From: Podarcis liolepis
Lineage: Eukaryota
DNA: 64,000 nucleotides
Assembly: GCA_965112155.1 (NCBI GenBank)
Contig: OZ218103.1
Reading direction: 5' to 3' (one strand)
The position numbers were made by a program, and so were the translations under genes. The notes beneath the pieces are model-generated. The model was given only the letters and a program-made list of their open reading frames with translations. It did not search any database and was not told the origin of the DNA. Every line of letters starts with the position of its first letter. Position 1 is the first letter of the stretch. Of this stretch, positions 37,611 to 51,435 are shown in pieces.

Positions 37611-40600
37611 ACAAGAGTAGGGCCACCCACAGAGGCCTCTAGAGCAAAGCCAGAAGCAGATGTGACTCAACTGAACCACAGTGCACACTCAGAAGTGGAG
37701 CAGCACCAAATGCAAAGGCAGCTGGGAGGGAGAGAGAGAAGAGGGACAGAAGGATTATAGTTTGATCCAATGGGTGTTACTTCCCATCCTGCACTTTGTG
37801 AGGACTGCGCCTCTTTCCTCTCCATCTTTCCTTCCTCAAGGGCCAGGACGCTTAGCATCTGCTGCCATTCTGACTTCTGAACCAGCTGGGAGCCTAGAAA
37901 GGCCATTGTTCATTAGGTGCTAAGGTATCAGGCCACATCTGATGCCACCATACGCTGCATTCTGAAGGGTAACGAGTGTTTTCCCTTACTGTTATTAACC
38001 CCTGGCTCCAGATGGCTATTTTTTAATCTAGGTGTTAGAAGTTAATGCCAAAGTTAATGGCTTCCCAACCAAGGCCTTAATGGGAGCCACACAGGGGAAC
38101 CAAGCCGACCATCAATATCTTTCAAACTCTGAACCTGAAATCTGTGCTTTTTCAGCTCTTTCCCTTCTTGGCTCTAAATCTGGTATCCCATCATATAGAT
38201 TCATGAGCTGTATCCTTTGCTCAGGGTAATGCAACAAATTCCCCATCACATAATTTAACATGCCAAGGACTCGTATCCCTGGCCCTTCCCTACTGAAGGT
38301 AATGTGTGCCGGCAGAACTAGGCTAAAGCTGAGACTGATAGTCCTTTTCAAGGTCATAATCAGTGTGGTTCACTGGCAGGAGTGAATGGTTGCCCCCTCC
38401 TGCAAAACTAGCAAGGCTTAAGGCTGGTGTACTGCGGAAGGCCTTCTACGCCCCAGTTGCTGAGATCTGGGTGCTATTAAGATGGATCTTAGTCCTGGAC
38501 ACAATCCTTCAGGAATTTTCTCTCCTGCAAGCTGGAGAGAAATGAACAGGATAATCTCAAAGATGGCTAATTCCATGTCAGTTCAGCTACGTGGCCACAT
38601 ATGCAATTGTATGTGGGAAATACGTGGAAAGGGCTTGTGTAACCAAACCGGCCCCCACTGTCAGATTCCAAGCAAATGACTGACTGACTTAATTCTGAAT
38701 TAAATGTCCAGCCCTGCTCCTCTATTTTTAAGAGCTATTGTTGTTACACCTTGGGCTCCTTTAGAAGAAAGGGCAACATAACAAACAAACAAACAAACAA
38801 ACTTGTTTTTCAAAACTGATAAAAAGAAAGGTATATAATTTAAGGTGCCAAATACTATTTGCATGAACACAATTATACACATAAAACACCTAACGATTTG
38901 CAACAAACACTAACCTGTACAAAGGAGGCTTTGCAACATGATGTTGCAGTATGTAGAGATACGAAAACTGGAGAACACTGCAATTAACTGAGTTTAAATC
39001 TGTACCAGAGACTTACACTTGGATAAATTACAAGAAAGAGCCTTATTTTTTATTATTATTTTTATTCAAGTGATCAAGGATAATCTAGCCATAATCTATA
39101 TAAACAGGTGATTGATATTGGGGGGGGGGGCTGTATATTTAGTCATTCAGCTTGTGATCACTATTTCTTTGTGCATATAACAGCAAATCATGCCATTCAT
39201 CACTTCTATTGGATTTTTAGTGAGCAAAGGTATTTGCTATCCTTATGCAATTTATGTTCACACCATTATAGAAGATTGCAATTGAGCCTAAATCCATGTC
39301 AACGAAGCCTTGTCACCCAGAAAAGTGGTGTGCAAGTTTAATATTTTCATACTGTGTTGCCTAAAAACTGAAATGATATAATGATCCAACCACTAGGAAA
39401 TCCCAATGGGAGATGCTCTGAATCTTCCACATTGTTAAATGTAGTTCAGTCAAAAACAAAACAAAAAACAAAACCCCACGACATGTTGATCTTTCAGAAT
39501 AATTGATGTGAACTAAACAGCAGTATTATTGCATTTATATGCATAAATCAGTCTCTTTATAGCCTATTACAGCAAATTAGTAAAAGCTGGATTAATTATT
39601 AAGCTGGGGGGCGGGGGCTCACTCAAACTGGCCCCTCTGAGTGCAACAGAATGGCCAGAGAGTAAGGGTGTCCAGCAAGCAAACAGTCCTGTTCTCTGTT
39701 CCAGGCTCCTCTGGGGAAGAAACTAAACTAAACTTTGCCTGGACATTGGAGTTACTTTCCTCTACAGGAAACCAGCTTCAGCCATAGCAGGTAGCCACTC
39801 CAAGCAGAGGAGAAGCAGTCAGGACTATTTCCAGCTCAGATTGACCCCAAGGTGCTTTATCACTGATGGAGACCTATGGGGTATCTGTATCTTTCAAGAG
39901 ATTAATAAAAGAGTCTAAGGGAGACAGGATGAGCAGAAAAATAACAGAGGGCGAAACATTAAAACTTAACCATCCTAATTGTCCACATGACAACAAAAAA
40001 AACCCTTTCGCTACGGAGGGGAGTGTGTCATTCCCAGGGCCACCTTCATCACACAAGTCAGCTAGGATGTTTGTATCAAGGTAATTAATATCTGCTAAAG
40101 GCAGACAGTCAAGGTAATGGCCATCTATTCTAAACCATCTGCCAGGCACTTGGCTTGACATCGGAACATATTTGTGAAGGCGAGGTTAAACGGACAATTG
40201 TGGTGGGACTGGGGGGGGGGGGTTGCATTATAGAGATGAGAAGGACTCAAACCTCAGCCCATTCCTGCAGGCTAATTTGTTTAAGTGCTCATTATGGCAA
40301 CGGCCAAGAGGGCAACTGGAATCAGATATTATTTTAGCAAATTCAGGCTTGCTGCATGAAAATAAGACGGCTGGTTGTTCATCATCTATCCAGAGGGAGA
40401 ACACTTAGCTAAAAGCTGGCTTTTGCTCCCGTGTTTGCCTCTATGTGAAAAGTAAGAAGCCGCTGCTATTTTGTAGTTCTCTATTATCAGCGTCACACAA
40501 GCACCCATAACTGGGTTCCTTGCTTCTCTTTAAACCACAAAGAGAGATATGTCTGAAAATATGCAGCCATCATGTTGGAAGCCATTCCCTTGCTCTTGGG

Positions 40601-40724
40601 GGGAGGCTTTGGTGTCACATACCGCCACTCCCTCTTTCATAAGCTTCTTCCCCAGAGAAACAAAAATGAGATCATCACATCTTGCCAGCACCCCTTTTAA
40701 CAAAAAAAGGCAAGAAGTACTCTG

Positions 40725-41160
40725 ATGACTGCCTTGCCAGAGTAGTGCATGCTCTGGTTATCTCCCACTTGGACTACTGCAATATACTCTATGTGGGGCT
40801 ACCTTTGAAGGTGACCCAGAAACTACAACTAATCCAGAATGCGGCAGCTAGACTAGTGACTGGGAGCGGCCGCAGAGACCACATAACACCGGTCTTGAAA
40901 GACCTACATTGGCTCCCAGTACGTTTCTGTACAATTCAAAGTGTTGGTGCTGACCTTTAAAGCCTCAGTCCTGTATACCTGAAGGAGGGTTTTCACCCCC
41001 ATCGTTCTACCCGGACACTGAGGTCCAGCACCGAGGGCCTTCTGGCAGTTCCCTTGCTGCGAGAAGCCAAGTTATAGGGAACCAGGCAGAGGGCCTTCTT
41101 GGTAGTGGCACCCGCCCTGTGGAATGCTCTCTCACCAGATGTCAAAGAGAACAACAACTA
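40725..41160 (+). mobile_element. L2 LINE ORF2 3' fragment
   Basis: VHALVISHLDYCN...KLQLIQNAAARLVTG...HITPVLKDLHWLPV. Confidence 0.92.
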
Positions 41161-41162
41161 CC

Positions 41163-41615
41163 TCTGGTGTTTTACTACAAAGGAATTTCAGAAATAGACT
41201 GGAAAGAGAAGCTGCTGAATTGCAACTCATTACCAAACTTAAAACCATAGAGAGACCTGGTCTGAACAGAGACATTGGATTCTTATCTCATTATACATGA
41301 CTAAGCCATTTCTCACCTTCTCACCCCTTGCCTTTTCCTGTAAGACCTATTACAGTCGTTAAGAGTCATCAACAGGCTCATCTCAGCTATCTGCCAATCT
41401 CCCATTCCCACCACCCTTCTGAGTAATACCCCTCCCCACCTTCTCACCATATAGAAGGATCTGGCAACTTCTGTTTCAGTGTATCTGAAGAAGTGTGCAT
41501 GCACACGAAAGCTCATACCAAGAACTAACTTAGTTGGTCTTTAAGGTGCTACTGGAAGGAACTTTTTTATTTTATTTTGACTATGGCAGACCAACACGGC
41601 TACCTATCTGTAACT
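41163..41615 (+). mobile_element. Penelope-like element 3' end (GIY-YIG C-terminus plus pseudo-LTR)
   Basis: RNFRNRLEREAAELQLITKLKTIERPGLNRDIGFLSHYT*; downstream CTGAAGAAGTGTGCATGCACACGAAAGC motif. Confidence 0.85.
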
Positions 41616-41619
41616 GGAA

Positions 41620-42130
41620 CCATTGATAGTCCTGTCCTCCATGAATTTGTGTAATCCCTTTTTATAATAATAATAATGTATTATTTATTATTTATACCCC
41701 GCCCATCTGGCTGGGTTTCCCCAGCCACTCTGGGCAGCTTCCAACAAAATATTAAAATACAATGGTCTGTTAAACATTAAAAGCTTCCCTAAACAGGGCC
41801 ATTAAAGCCATCAAAGTTGGTGGTCATCACATCTTGTGCTGGTGAATTCTATATTTTAACTACATGCTGTGTGAAGAAGCATTTCCTTTTCTCTGTCTTG
41901 AATTTCCCACCATCCCACCATTCCCACCATTCATTTGGTGACCCCCAGGCTGTAAGTACTGCAGAATGAAGGAAAGACCCAAATGTTGTAACCTTCCCTC
42001 ACAGGGGAATTGCCCCAAGCCCTTATTTTGTTTGCACTTTTCTTCACTTTTTCCAGCTGAGAAGTATTATTTTTTGAAGTGTGGCGGCCAGAACCTGTAG
42101 TCCGTAGTCTTAAATGTGGCCATCTATAAA
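41620..42130 (-). mobile_element. Old CR1 3' fragment with a nested L2 tail (~41663-41800)
   Basis: cctccatgaatttgtgtaatcccttt...aaagccatc...gaattc CR1-type end; ttataccccgcccatctggctggg L2 tail. Confidence 0.6.
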
Positions 42131-42595
42131 GATACAATTATAGCTTTATTTTGAATGTGGAGTTGGCCTTTTTCACAGCTGCCACACACTAGGCATCTAT
42201 ATTCTTTGAGCCTTCTGCCACAATTCCAAGATCTTTCTTTCCTGGTCAGCCATCACCAGCTCAGACTCCATTAGTGTAAACACAGGGCTGGGATTTTTAG
42301 CAATCTCAATCTCCCTAAATCCAGATCATTTATGATCAAGTTAAAAAGTACATGCTCTAATCATGATACTTAGAGGGCTCCACTGCTTACTTCCCTCTAT
42401 TGTCCATTTATTTCTATTCTCTGCTTCCTGCTCTTTCTTCAGTTGTGTGTAAAGACCCCCAAAACCACCCCCTAAAATAAATACACAATAGACACAGATT
42501 TTTTGTTTAAGGTTTTCGGCAATAATTTTGGCCACAACTTTATTGAATTTCAGCTGTGAGTTATTGCCTAGGCATTGGTTCCTGACTACCTAATA

Positions 42596-42840
42596 CAGTG
42601 GTACCTCGGGTTACATACGCTTCAGGTTACATATGCTTCAGGTTACAGACTCCGCTAACCCAGAAATAGTGCTTCAGGTTAAGAACTTTGCTTCAGGACG
42701 AGAACAGAAATCGTGCTCCAGCGGTGCGGCAGCAGCAGGAGGCCCCATTAGCTAAAGTGGTACCTCAGGTTAAGAACAGTTTCTGGTTAAGAACAGGCCT
42801 CCAGAATGAATTAAGTAGTTGTTAACCTGAGGTACCACTG
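42596..42840. mobile_element. TcMar-Tigger-like MITE
   Basis: TA|CAGTGGTACCTCGGGTTA...TAACCTGAGGTACCACTG|TA. Confidence 0.9.
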
Positions 42841-45283
42841 TAATAACAACTACAACAACTTTTATTTTTACCCCACTATCCCCGGCCAGAGCCAGGCTTA
42901 GGGCAGCTAACAACAGTAAAAATTACAGTAAAAACATAATGGGGGGGAGACCCAATTTAAAATACAGATTAAAATGCAATTTAAAATGCAGCCTCATTTT
43001 AAAAGTAACCCATGGCAGGAACAGGGTTGACAACTGGGCTCCACCAGAGGTCAGTAAGGGAAAACATACTGGAGGAGCACGGAGTTGAGTGCAGGCTCCA
43101 GTTCACCCCATATGCTCCCAGGGACTCTGGCGTGGCCCTAACCCCAGAAAGCGGATCGGACAAAAGCAAGGAGAGTCCTTGGGTTCCTTTAAAGGAATTC
43201 CCTAGCAGTAGCGATGGAGGGGCAGGCACAGCCAACCACTTCCCTTCTGCAAAACATTGAACCAGTGCCTAACCGCCAACCTTACAAAGTTGTGATGATT
43301 TGCTACACGGTAGGCAAAAACCAAATGGCAACAGCCAAATGGCAAAATTCCTACTGGGCCCCTGCTCCAAAAACAGACAACCCCTAGAAAGGCATAGCAA
43401 GGCCAAAGAACAGTCCAAAATAAAGGGAGGGAGGGCAGGTGATCTGATGCATGTTGAAGGAAAGAGAAAGCTCTCAGCGACGTGCAACAGCCTGTATAGC
43501 CCCTCAGCAGCCAAAAGAAAACCCAACAGGCCAAATTTCTGCCCCAGCAACCAAGGGGCAACCAGTAGGGTGTTGTGGCTATCCAAACGATCCCGCCCCA
43601 CAACAGGGAGGCAGTTTAGGTGATCTCACCACAACACGTGCTCTCCCTGATTGAGGACACGATCCACCAAGCCGCCAGGCTCCTCTTCTCCCATGCCTGC
43701 AAATTTACTCAGGAAGATTTGATGTAGGGCTTTGTCACAACCTCTTTGAAAGTCCAAATATACAATGGCTGGGTTTTTTCGTTCTGTCTTTTGGTGTCCC
43801 TTATTTTGTCAGAGTTGGTGTTCCTTTTTGTTCTCCAAATCTGGGCAAGACTTCAGTTTTCTGAAGGGAGCCTTCTTGCATCTTTCCTTGCCTGTGGCTT
43901 GTTAAACACACTGGCAGGGTGGGAACTTTCCTGACCTGCTGTATAAATTCTACCTGAGCTTCTTTTATTGTGCTTTTGAATAACTCCCATGGGATGTGGA
44001 GAGACTTGACTCTCTTTCCCTTTCAACTTCCTTAAACCAGGCTCCTTGTTTTTGATAGGTTTCCTCTTCTGTAGTCTTGGCAATTGTACATCAAACTCAC
44101 TCTATATAGCACTGTGCTCATCGTTTCCCATTAGTCTGGCAGCACATCATGCGCCAGGTTCTAGGCGCCACTTAGGATTAAGTCCAGGGCAGGATGACTC
44201 CCTTCTGGCTGGTTCCATGGTCAGTTGTTCTCAGACACAGTTGTTTAGAGTATTTAGAAATTTTATTTTAACAGAAATCACCTATTTTCACAACACTTTC
44301 TCCTTTCAATGCCTCCCTGATTTTCATTCTTCAGCTCAATATGACCCTGAACATTTCAGTGGAAGGGGATGGAAATTCAAGATCTGTCATGAGCGTTCGC
44401 AGATCTACAAAAATAAATATCTGCCCCCACAAACAACAACCCAGAACTCAAACACTGCAAAGTGAAATTCCAAAGTCCTTTTTTTAAAAAAGAAAAAAAT
44501 GATTTTGTTTATACGATTTCAACATTGTATGCCACAAGCACCTATTTCCTCCAAATTCACTCCACCCGCAGAGTTACAGCATAGTAGCTTTTTAATACAC
44601 CAGCATGCCAAATAAAAAGAAAGATGGAAAGAAGACCTGGCTGAGTGCAGCTCGTTAATTTATCTTTCCTGAAGGGAGGGAGGGAAGGAGGATCTGTCAC
44701 AGGGTCCAGAGACCAGCAATGCTGAGAGACTGATCAGTGCAAAGGACTTTTGGGTCTAATCAAGCGTGTTTCAGAGTTACAAGAATTGGATAAAGTCATA
44801 AATCTGCCCACGGCTCAAGGAAATGGGGGCAATTAAGCCTGCAGGTGTGTATAATTGTCAAATTGATGATCTATATAAATCAGCAAGGTCTTGAATGTGG
44901 CAGGCTTAGTACGGCTGGGAAACGGGCTTCTTCCAAGAGGCTCTGAAGCAGCAGGAGGTCACTCGCCTGTGGAAAGCAAAGCACTGAGAGAAATCCGTTT
45001 CACCTTCACTGAGCCGCTTCCTTCTGCATTCATCGTAATCAGTCTCTCAGCAGCAAGTTATGTCAGAGACTTCAAGTAATTGGCACAAAGAGATGACAGA
45101 TGTAGCTCTTAGTGGTTACAGTTAGACATGCCCTGAATATTTGTGATTTCCGACTTCCAGTGTGGAAAGCCCCATCTTTGTTGTGGTGGATAAGTGTTTT
45201 GAAGAGGCAGCAAGTTTAAGTTAGTGATGCAATGAAAATGTATTGGCAGGATGCACAATTAAGGACCAAGCACAGGTGCTTAT

Positions 45284-45844
45284 ATGCCTGTTGACTTTGT
45301 CCATGGAGTTTTCCTGGCAGGGATACTGGAGTGGCTTGCCGGTTCCTGCTCCAGGTGGATCATGTTTGATCAAAACTCTCCACTATGACCTGTCCGTTTT
45401 GAGTGGCCCTGCACGGCATAGCTCATAGCTTCTCTGAGTTATTCAAGCCCCTTCGCCACTACAAGGCAGTGATCCATGAAGGAATTATGGTGCTGGAGGA
45501 GACTCTTGAGAGTCCTATGGACTGCAAGAAGATCAAACTTATCCATTCTGAAGGAAATCAGCCCTGAGTGCTCACTGGGAGGACAGATCCTGAAGTTGAG
45601 GTTCCAATACTTTGGCCACCTCATGAGAAGAGAAGACTCCCTGGAAAGGCCCCTGATGTTGGGAAAGATGGAGGGCACAAGGAGAAGGGGATGACAGAGG
45701 ATGAGATGGTTGGACAGTGTTCTCAAAGCTACCAGCGTGAGTTTGACCAAACTGCGGGAGGCAGTGGAAGACAGGAGTGCCTGGCGTGCTCTGGTCCATT
45801 GGGTCATGAAGAGTCGGACACGACTAAATGACTAAACAACAACA
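45284..45844 (+). mobile_element. RTE-BovB LINE insertion: 3' end preceded by an inverted 5'-end segment
   Basis: ELWCWRRLLRVLWTARRSNLSILKEISPECSL...YFGHLMRREDSLE; GAGTCGGACACGACT plus (CAA)n tail; TSD ACAGGTGCTTAT. Confidence 0.9.
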
Positions 45845-46054
45845 ACAGGTGCTTATGGACTGCACAGTTGACTTAATTTGTGTATTCCATTCAACATGGA
45901 AATTTTCAACAGGCAAAATGATGCCCACTTATGTTTACTGTGGATAATAACAACGTACATGTGATGTGAGGAACAGTGATTTAGAGCTGCATTAGGATAA
46001 CGGCCAATCTACTTTTGGAGATACATGTCCCAAACATATGCGCATGCAGGAAAG

Positions 46055-46055
<1 letters not shown>

Positions 46056-46100
<45 letters not shown>
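46056..46100. repeat. (CTAT)n microsatellite
   Basis: Direct. Confidence 0.95.
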
Positions 46101-47170
46101 GACAGGTTTTCCATTATTTCCTGCCTCCCTAGATTTCAGAGCCAGGACATATTGCATTCCACATTAGGCTTGATTGCCATGAGAATGATTTCCCAATCAA
46201 AACGTTTCTTTTGAGAATATTGAATGTGCCTGGCTGCAACCTTGCAGGTTAACAGCCTACTGGACAATATGTACCTAGACACAGGACAATGTGAGATCCC
46301 TGTGTCATAGGCTGTAGGCTGAGAAGGAATTATTACTTGCTCCAGACACGTAGCTGAGTGGCCACTTGCAAGGCTGCATTAATGACTGAGAAAAAGGCGG
46401 AATTGAGAAAGGGCCATAGCTCAATGGAAGATTTCTGACAACAGGCCAAGAAATTACCTCTGAGACCTTGGCAAATCACTACCAGTAGAAGCAATAGACA
46501 GCGCTAGATTTTATGAGGCAATATAAGGCAGATTCTTGTATCCTGAAGTATGACAGAGGGTTACAAAATTAGGAATGTTATGAACAGTGTGACTGGAGAG
46601 AAATCTTTCCTCTATCTCTCGTTGACCTGAAAATCACCCAGTGAAGCAGTAGACTCAGGCAATGTCCTAGGACACTTTTATGTAATATTTGCAAATCTGA
46701 CCCACAAAAAGATTACTAACCTGCCTGCCCACGCATATCAAAGTTCGTTGTAAGAAAGAAAGATTCTTCCAATTTACGAAATGCTCCCACTTCAAAAAGG
46801 CAATCAGATAAATGTTTGTTTCCAAGCTTGACCCAGCAAGATCTTACTCACCAGGCCAGGTCTTGGCTTGGCTTGGAACCACTGGTGCCAACTCCAGGGG
46901 GCCCTGGGTGCCTGGGCACCCAGAAACAATTCACTGTGGGTGCCCAGCCTCCACCCACTACTGCCCACTGCTTTATTTGCAGCTCTTTGGCACCTCTGCG
47001 GCGACTGGATCGAGGCCTCCGTCTCCACCACGGGGCCTCTGTTGGGGCCTGCTGCTGCCACAGAAGCACAAAATCGGTGCTGGAGAGCGGCGGTGGCATG
47101 AGACATGACATTATGTCATGACGTCACATCGCATGTGCACTGCTGGACACCCACAGGCTGGGGCCCAAGT

Positions 47171-47495
47171 TATAATAATAATAATTTCTTATTTATACCC
47201 CACCCATCTGGCTGAGTTTCCCCAGCCACTCTGGGCGGCTCCCAATCAAATGTTAAAAACAGTACAGCATTAAATATTAAAAACTTCCCTGAACAGGGCT
47301 ACCTTCAGATGTCTTTTAAAGATAGGATAGCTGCTTATTTCCTTGAGATCTGATGGGAGAGCGTTCCACCGGGCGGGCGCCACTACCGAGAAGGCCCTCT
47401 GCCTGGTTCCCTGTAACCTCACTTCTCGCAATGAGGGAACCGCCAGAAGGCCCTCAGCACTGGACCTCAGTGTCCGGGCTGAACAATGGGGGGTG
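47171..47495 (-). mobile_element. L2 LINE 3' end
   Basis: Reverse complement of the 16815-17147 family. Confidence 0.85.
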
Positions 47496-49627
47496 GAATT
47501 GCTCCTTCAGGTTGGCCCCTCTGACTGGAACTCACTGCCTATGCTCAACCACTTGGCAAAATCATACCTTCCAACATTTCTCCAATGAAAACAGAGAATC
47601 CTATTCCATATCCTCCAACACTTCTCCACTGAAAATAGGAATATCCAAGGGAAAGTGGGGCATTCCAGGATCAAATCAGAAACCAGGATGGCTTCCCTAA
47701 ATCCGGGGCTGTCCCTGGAAAATAGGGACACTTGGAGAATCTGCAGTGATGACTATAGAGGCTTGCTTTTGTGTTGCAATGGGAAGGCTGCCAGAGCTAC
47801 TCAGTGAGGTTAAGAGGCTACCCATGCGTTTTCTTATTTCCCAGCCTGGAACATCTCAAGGGAAATATTAAAGACACCCCCATGACACCAGAGGACCCAC
47901 TCAGGATGGAACTGCAAGACACAGCAAATATAGGACTCCCCAACTCATACTTGCCAAATAGTCAGGCCTGAACATGGGTACTAGTTACACTGGGATCCAA
48001 TGAACAGTGTGTGAGAGAGTGTGCATGTTTTCCCAAGCCACTTGGCACTCTCCTGGTTTCAAAGGTAAGGTTTGTGATTAGGGTCTCTCCCACAAATGCA
48101 TGCCTGACCCATTCCACACACAAAAATGTAATAGCAACCACCTATTTCCACTTGCTGGAACAGTATGCCAAATTAAACAACACAGCTCTGGAAGCCTTCC
48201 GACCAATCAAATCCAAGCAATGAAAGTTTATAAAGACTCTGAGCTTGTTAGATTAAAGGCCCTAAACAGCAGAGGTCATTAGTGCTCCATGAAAGTATGC
48301 TCTTCTATAAACCTTTCCAATTCTGCAGCATTCCTACTCAGCCAAGACCATTCAAAGCAATTCACAGATGAGATATTTGAGGCAAAAACAACACTTTGTG
48401 CTACAAAGGTCCATGTCCCCATCTCCTTTGCAATAGAGAAGGGATGGGAGTGCTTAACCCTTCCCTTTCCAACCATTTTCCCACTGAGACATGTTAAAGT
48501 GTTCAGGAAGGGTCAGCTCAAGCAAAGTTAATCCGTAAAGGAAGTACTTTATATACCTCCCTATGGAAGAGGAGGAGCCAATGGCCAGCTTGGGCAGGTA
48601 AAGTCAAGCCAGATCCAAATAGCTACAGTGATTTGGTTCCCCACGATGGTTGACAGATCTTGACACCTTCTTTTACAGTACATCCCAAACAATCTTGGAT
48701 ATATTTGGTATGCTTTGTTTTTTTCATTCCATAAGCAAGACAAGTCAATTTCACCCTACTCCTTTACTCAATTGCACATTATTCTATTCTATTATTCTAG
48801 GAAGATACATACATAAATGTATGTTTACATTTTTTTATTTATCTGAATTACTTCCATAGACACATTGCAAGCAGCAATGGGGTTTTGATCTGTTTTTTAA
48901 ACCATTCCACTTCTTACAAAACCCACAAAATAGGTCATTTTTTTCATCTGCTTGTTGCAAAATAGTCTCTTGGGGTTGTTCTTGGTGCTCATTAATATCA
49001 GCTGAAACATTCCCATCGACTTCAATTGACTTTTTAAAAAAATACCTATTCTGGCTCCCACTAACATTAGTTCCTCACTATTCCAACAGAGTTGGGTTCA
49101 GGCCCACCTTTTCCTTTGAAAGAACCAATCTTTGAAACTTCAGCAGATAAAACTCACAGGAACATTTCTGGAGATAGCTGTGAAGTTTGAAGACACAGGG
49201 TGACCAGGTTGCAAATTGGTTATCTGACTGGATTATCTACTTAAATTAATTCCTTATTTTTAAAAGAAATCTAATCCTGCTGTGTTAGTGTTTTTTTTTA
49301 TTCCCCTTTCTTTCTTTCAAAGGGGAACTTTTGGGTCCTTTTTCAGCACAATTCTTTGGTCAGGAAGGCAAAAGTGCAACAAAGCAGGTTTTCTTTCAAA
49401 AAAGCATTGCAATTGATTCTGCCTCAGCCATTTCTTAGGGATTTTGCATCAAGCAAAGCACATGAACAAAGTGCTGCCTGAAGATCTCTGTGCAAGTCAG
49501 AAGCTTACATTCTCTTTCTTCGGTAAAAGACAAAACCCCACCACCCTCCTGTTCTGTGTCTTCCACACCCTTCCCCATATATTTCACCACACTGGCCCCA
49601 TCTTTTCCTGCTGCCATGCTGCTTTAA

Positions 49628-49880
49628 AGCCAGTGTGGTGTAGTGGTTCAGAGCGGTAGTCTCGTAATCTGGGGGACCGGGTCCGATTCCCTGCTCCTCC
49701 ACATGCAGCTGCTGGGTGACCTTGGGCCAGTCACACTTCTCTGAAGCCTCTCAGCCCCCCTCACCTCACAGAGTGTTTGTTGTGGGGGAGGAAGGGAAAG
49801 GAGAATGTTAGCCGCTTTGAGACTCCTTAAAGGGAGTGAAAGGTGGGATATCAAATCCAAACTCTTCTTCTCTTCTTCTT
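49628..49880 (+). mobile_element. Squam3-type tRNA-derived SINE
   Basis: agccagtgtggtgtagtggttcagagcgg...gatatcaaatccaaactcttcttc. Confidence 0.87.
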
Positions 49881-51047
49881 TTGATATTGCCCCATTTGCC
49901 TCTGTCAAGCAGTCAACACACTCTCCTCCTTCCTTCCACAAAATCTGCCCAAGATTCCTAGAGTCACCCATATTTTCGGAACTTTCTGCAAACAGTCAAT
50001 TGGCTTTTTAGTACAACCCTCTCTGCTCTTAGCACACCCTTTCCTCTATGATTTCTTACACCCAAATCTTATTCTGCCATTCCAGTTACAAGAGCAGAGC
50101 AACGGGTTACGGTGCTGCAGCTAAGGCTATGCTTGGTGCTCGTAAGCGGAGCAGCCACGACATTTTTGAAAGGTAATACACAGGTTGCACTGTTTTGCCA
50201 GTAGCCAAATCTTGGGTCTACACAAGGGTTGTGGTACCTTTGGCCCAGATGTTGATGGACTCCAACTCTCAGCAACATCTGGAGGAGTGTGAGAAGATTG
50301 GTGACAGGAGATTCTTTTAGATCAGAGTGTTTTCAAGAAAGACAAAATGACACAAATCTTCCTTGAAATAACCCTTTATTGATTAACAGGTAATAACTAA
50401 TAAGAACTCATTCACTCCTCTCATTCACACCTACCAGATGGGCGGACTCACTAAAAAGGGTGATCTTTTCCAAGAGTCTGTGGGCGGCCACCTCTGCAGC
50501 AGGATAGCAACGTTCTGTGCCAAGGATTTCCCAGCCTTTGTATAGTTTCAGGTTCAATCCCCTTATGGGACAGCTGCATATTCTTTGTATTGCAGGGGGT
50601 TGTATTTGCAGGGGGTTGGACTAAATGATAGCTTTCGTCACATTATCTTCATGAATAATTATTTGTCTCAGCATATCCTTTAAGAACAGTTCATATCCTT
50701 TCAGAACAGTTCTTTGTCTCAGTATGTCCTCCGACTCATTCAAACATCTGGCACATCCTGTTTTGTCCACCCTGTTTTGCACATTCCAGTAGCTGCTTCA
50801 CCAGTTCAACAGTCCCTTGAACTCTGAACATTGAAGCCAAAGGTTTCCTACCCAAATCTACACATGTGATCCAGGCATTTAAACAGCCCCCTTCCTGTTT
50901 ACCTGCAACAGGCAAGAATCTCCTCTTATCAGAGGTTCAGCACCAGAATCACACCCAGGCCCATTGGCTATGAACTAGCCAGTTGTGACCAATAAGGGTC
51001 ATACTCTCATCTAAAGTGACTTGTGCCAACAATACCACCACCAACGG

Positions 51048-51435
51048 GCTGAAATGACTGGCAGAATCCGAGACCAGGGGAAAGAGACGGCGGAAGAAGA
51101 TTGGAAGAAATTCAAAATTTATCTTAAGAAATATTGTAAAATTAATGAGTGCTAAAATGTTGAGGTTATAGAAAAAAGGGGACTACAGCTGTAAAAGATT
51201 AAGTAAAAGAAAAGAACAAGGGAAAATTAGATAAACTCAAGGGGGAGGATTTGCTGAAACAAATTTGGAAATTGGGATGCAGAAAGGGGAGGTACGGGGA
51301 AGTCGGTGAAGTAAGGTTTAAGAAAAAAGGATTTGAAATTATACATGTTTGTTTATGTGTTTGTTTGTTTGTAGTGTGTATTGTTTGTGTTTATATAAAT
51401 TGTGAAAAACCAATAAATTTTTTTATAAAAAACAA
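51048..51435 (+). mobile_element. L1-clade LINE, 5'-truncated 3' end
   Basis: AEMTGRIRDQGKETAEEDWKKFKIYLKKYCKINEC*, 3'UTR, AATAAA, A-rich tail; 21-bp TSD CAACAATACCACCACCAACGG. Confidence 0.8.

Noticed and set aside
37107-37688. 193-aa ORF as a host gene
   Set aside because: CR1 ORF2 C-terminus
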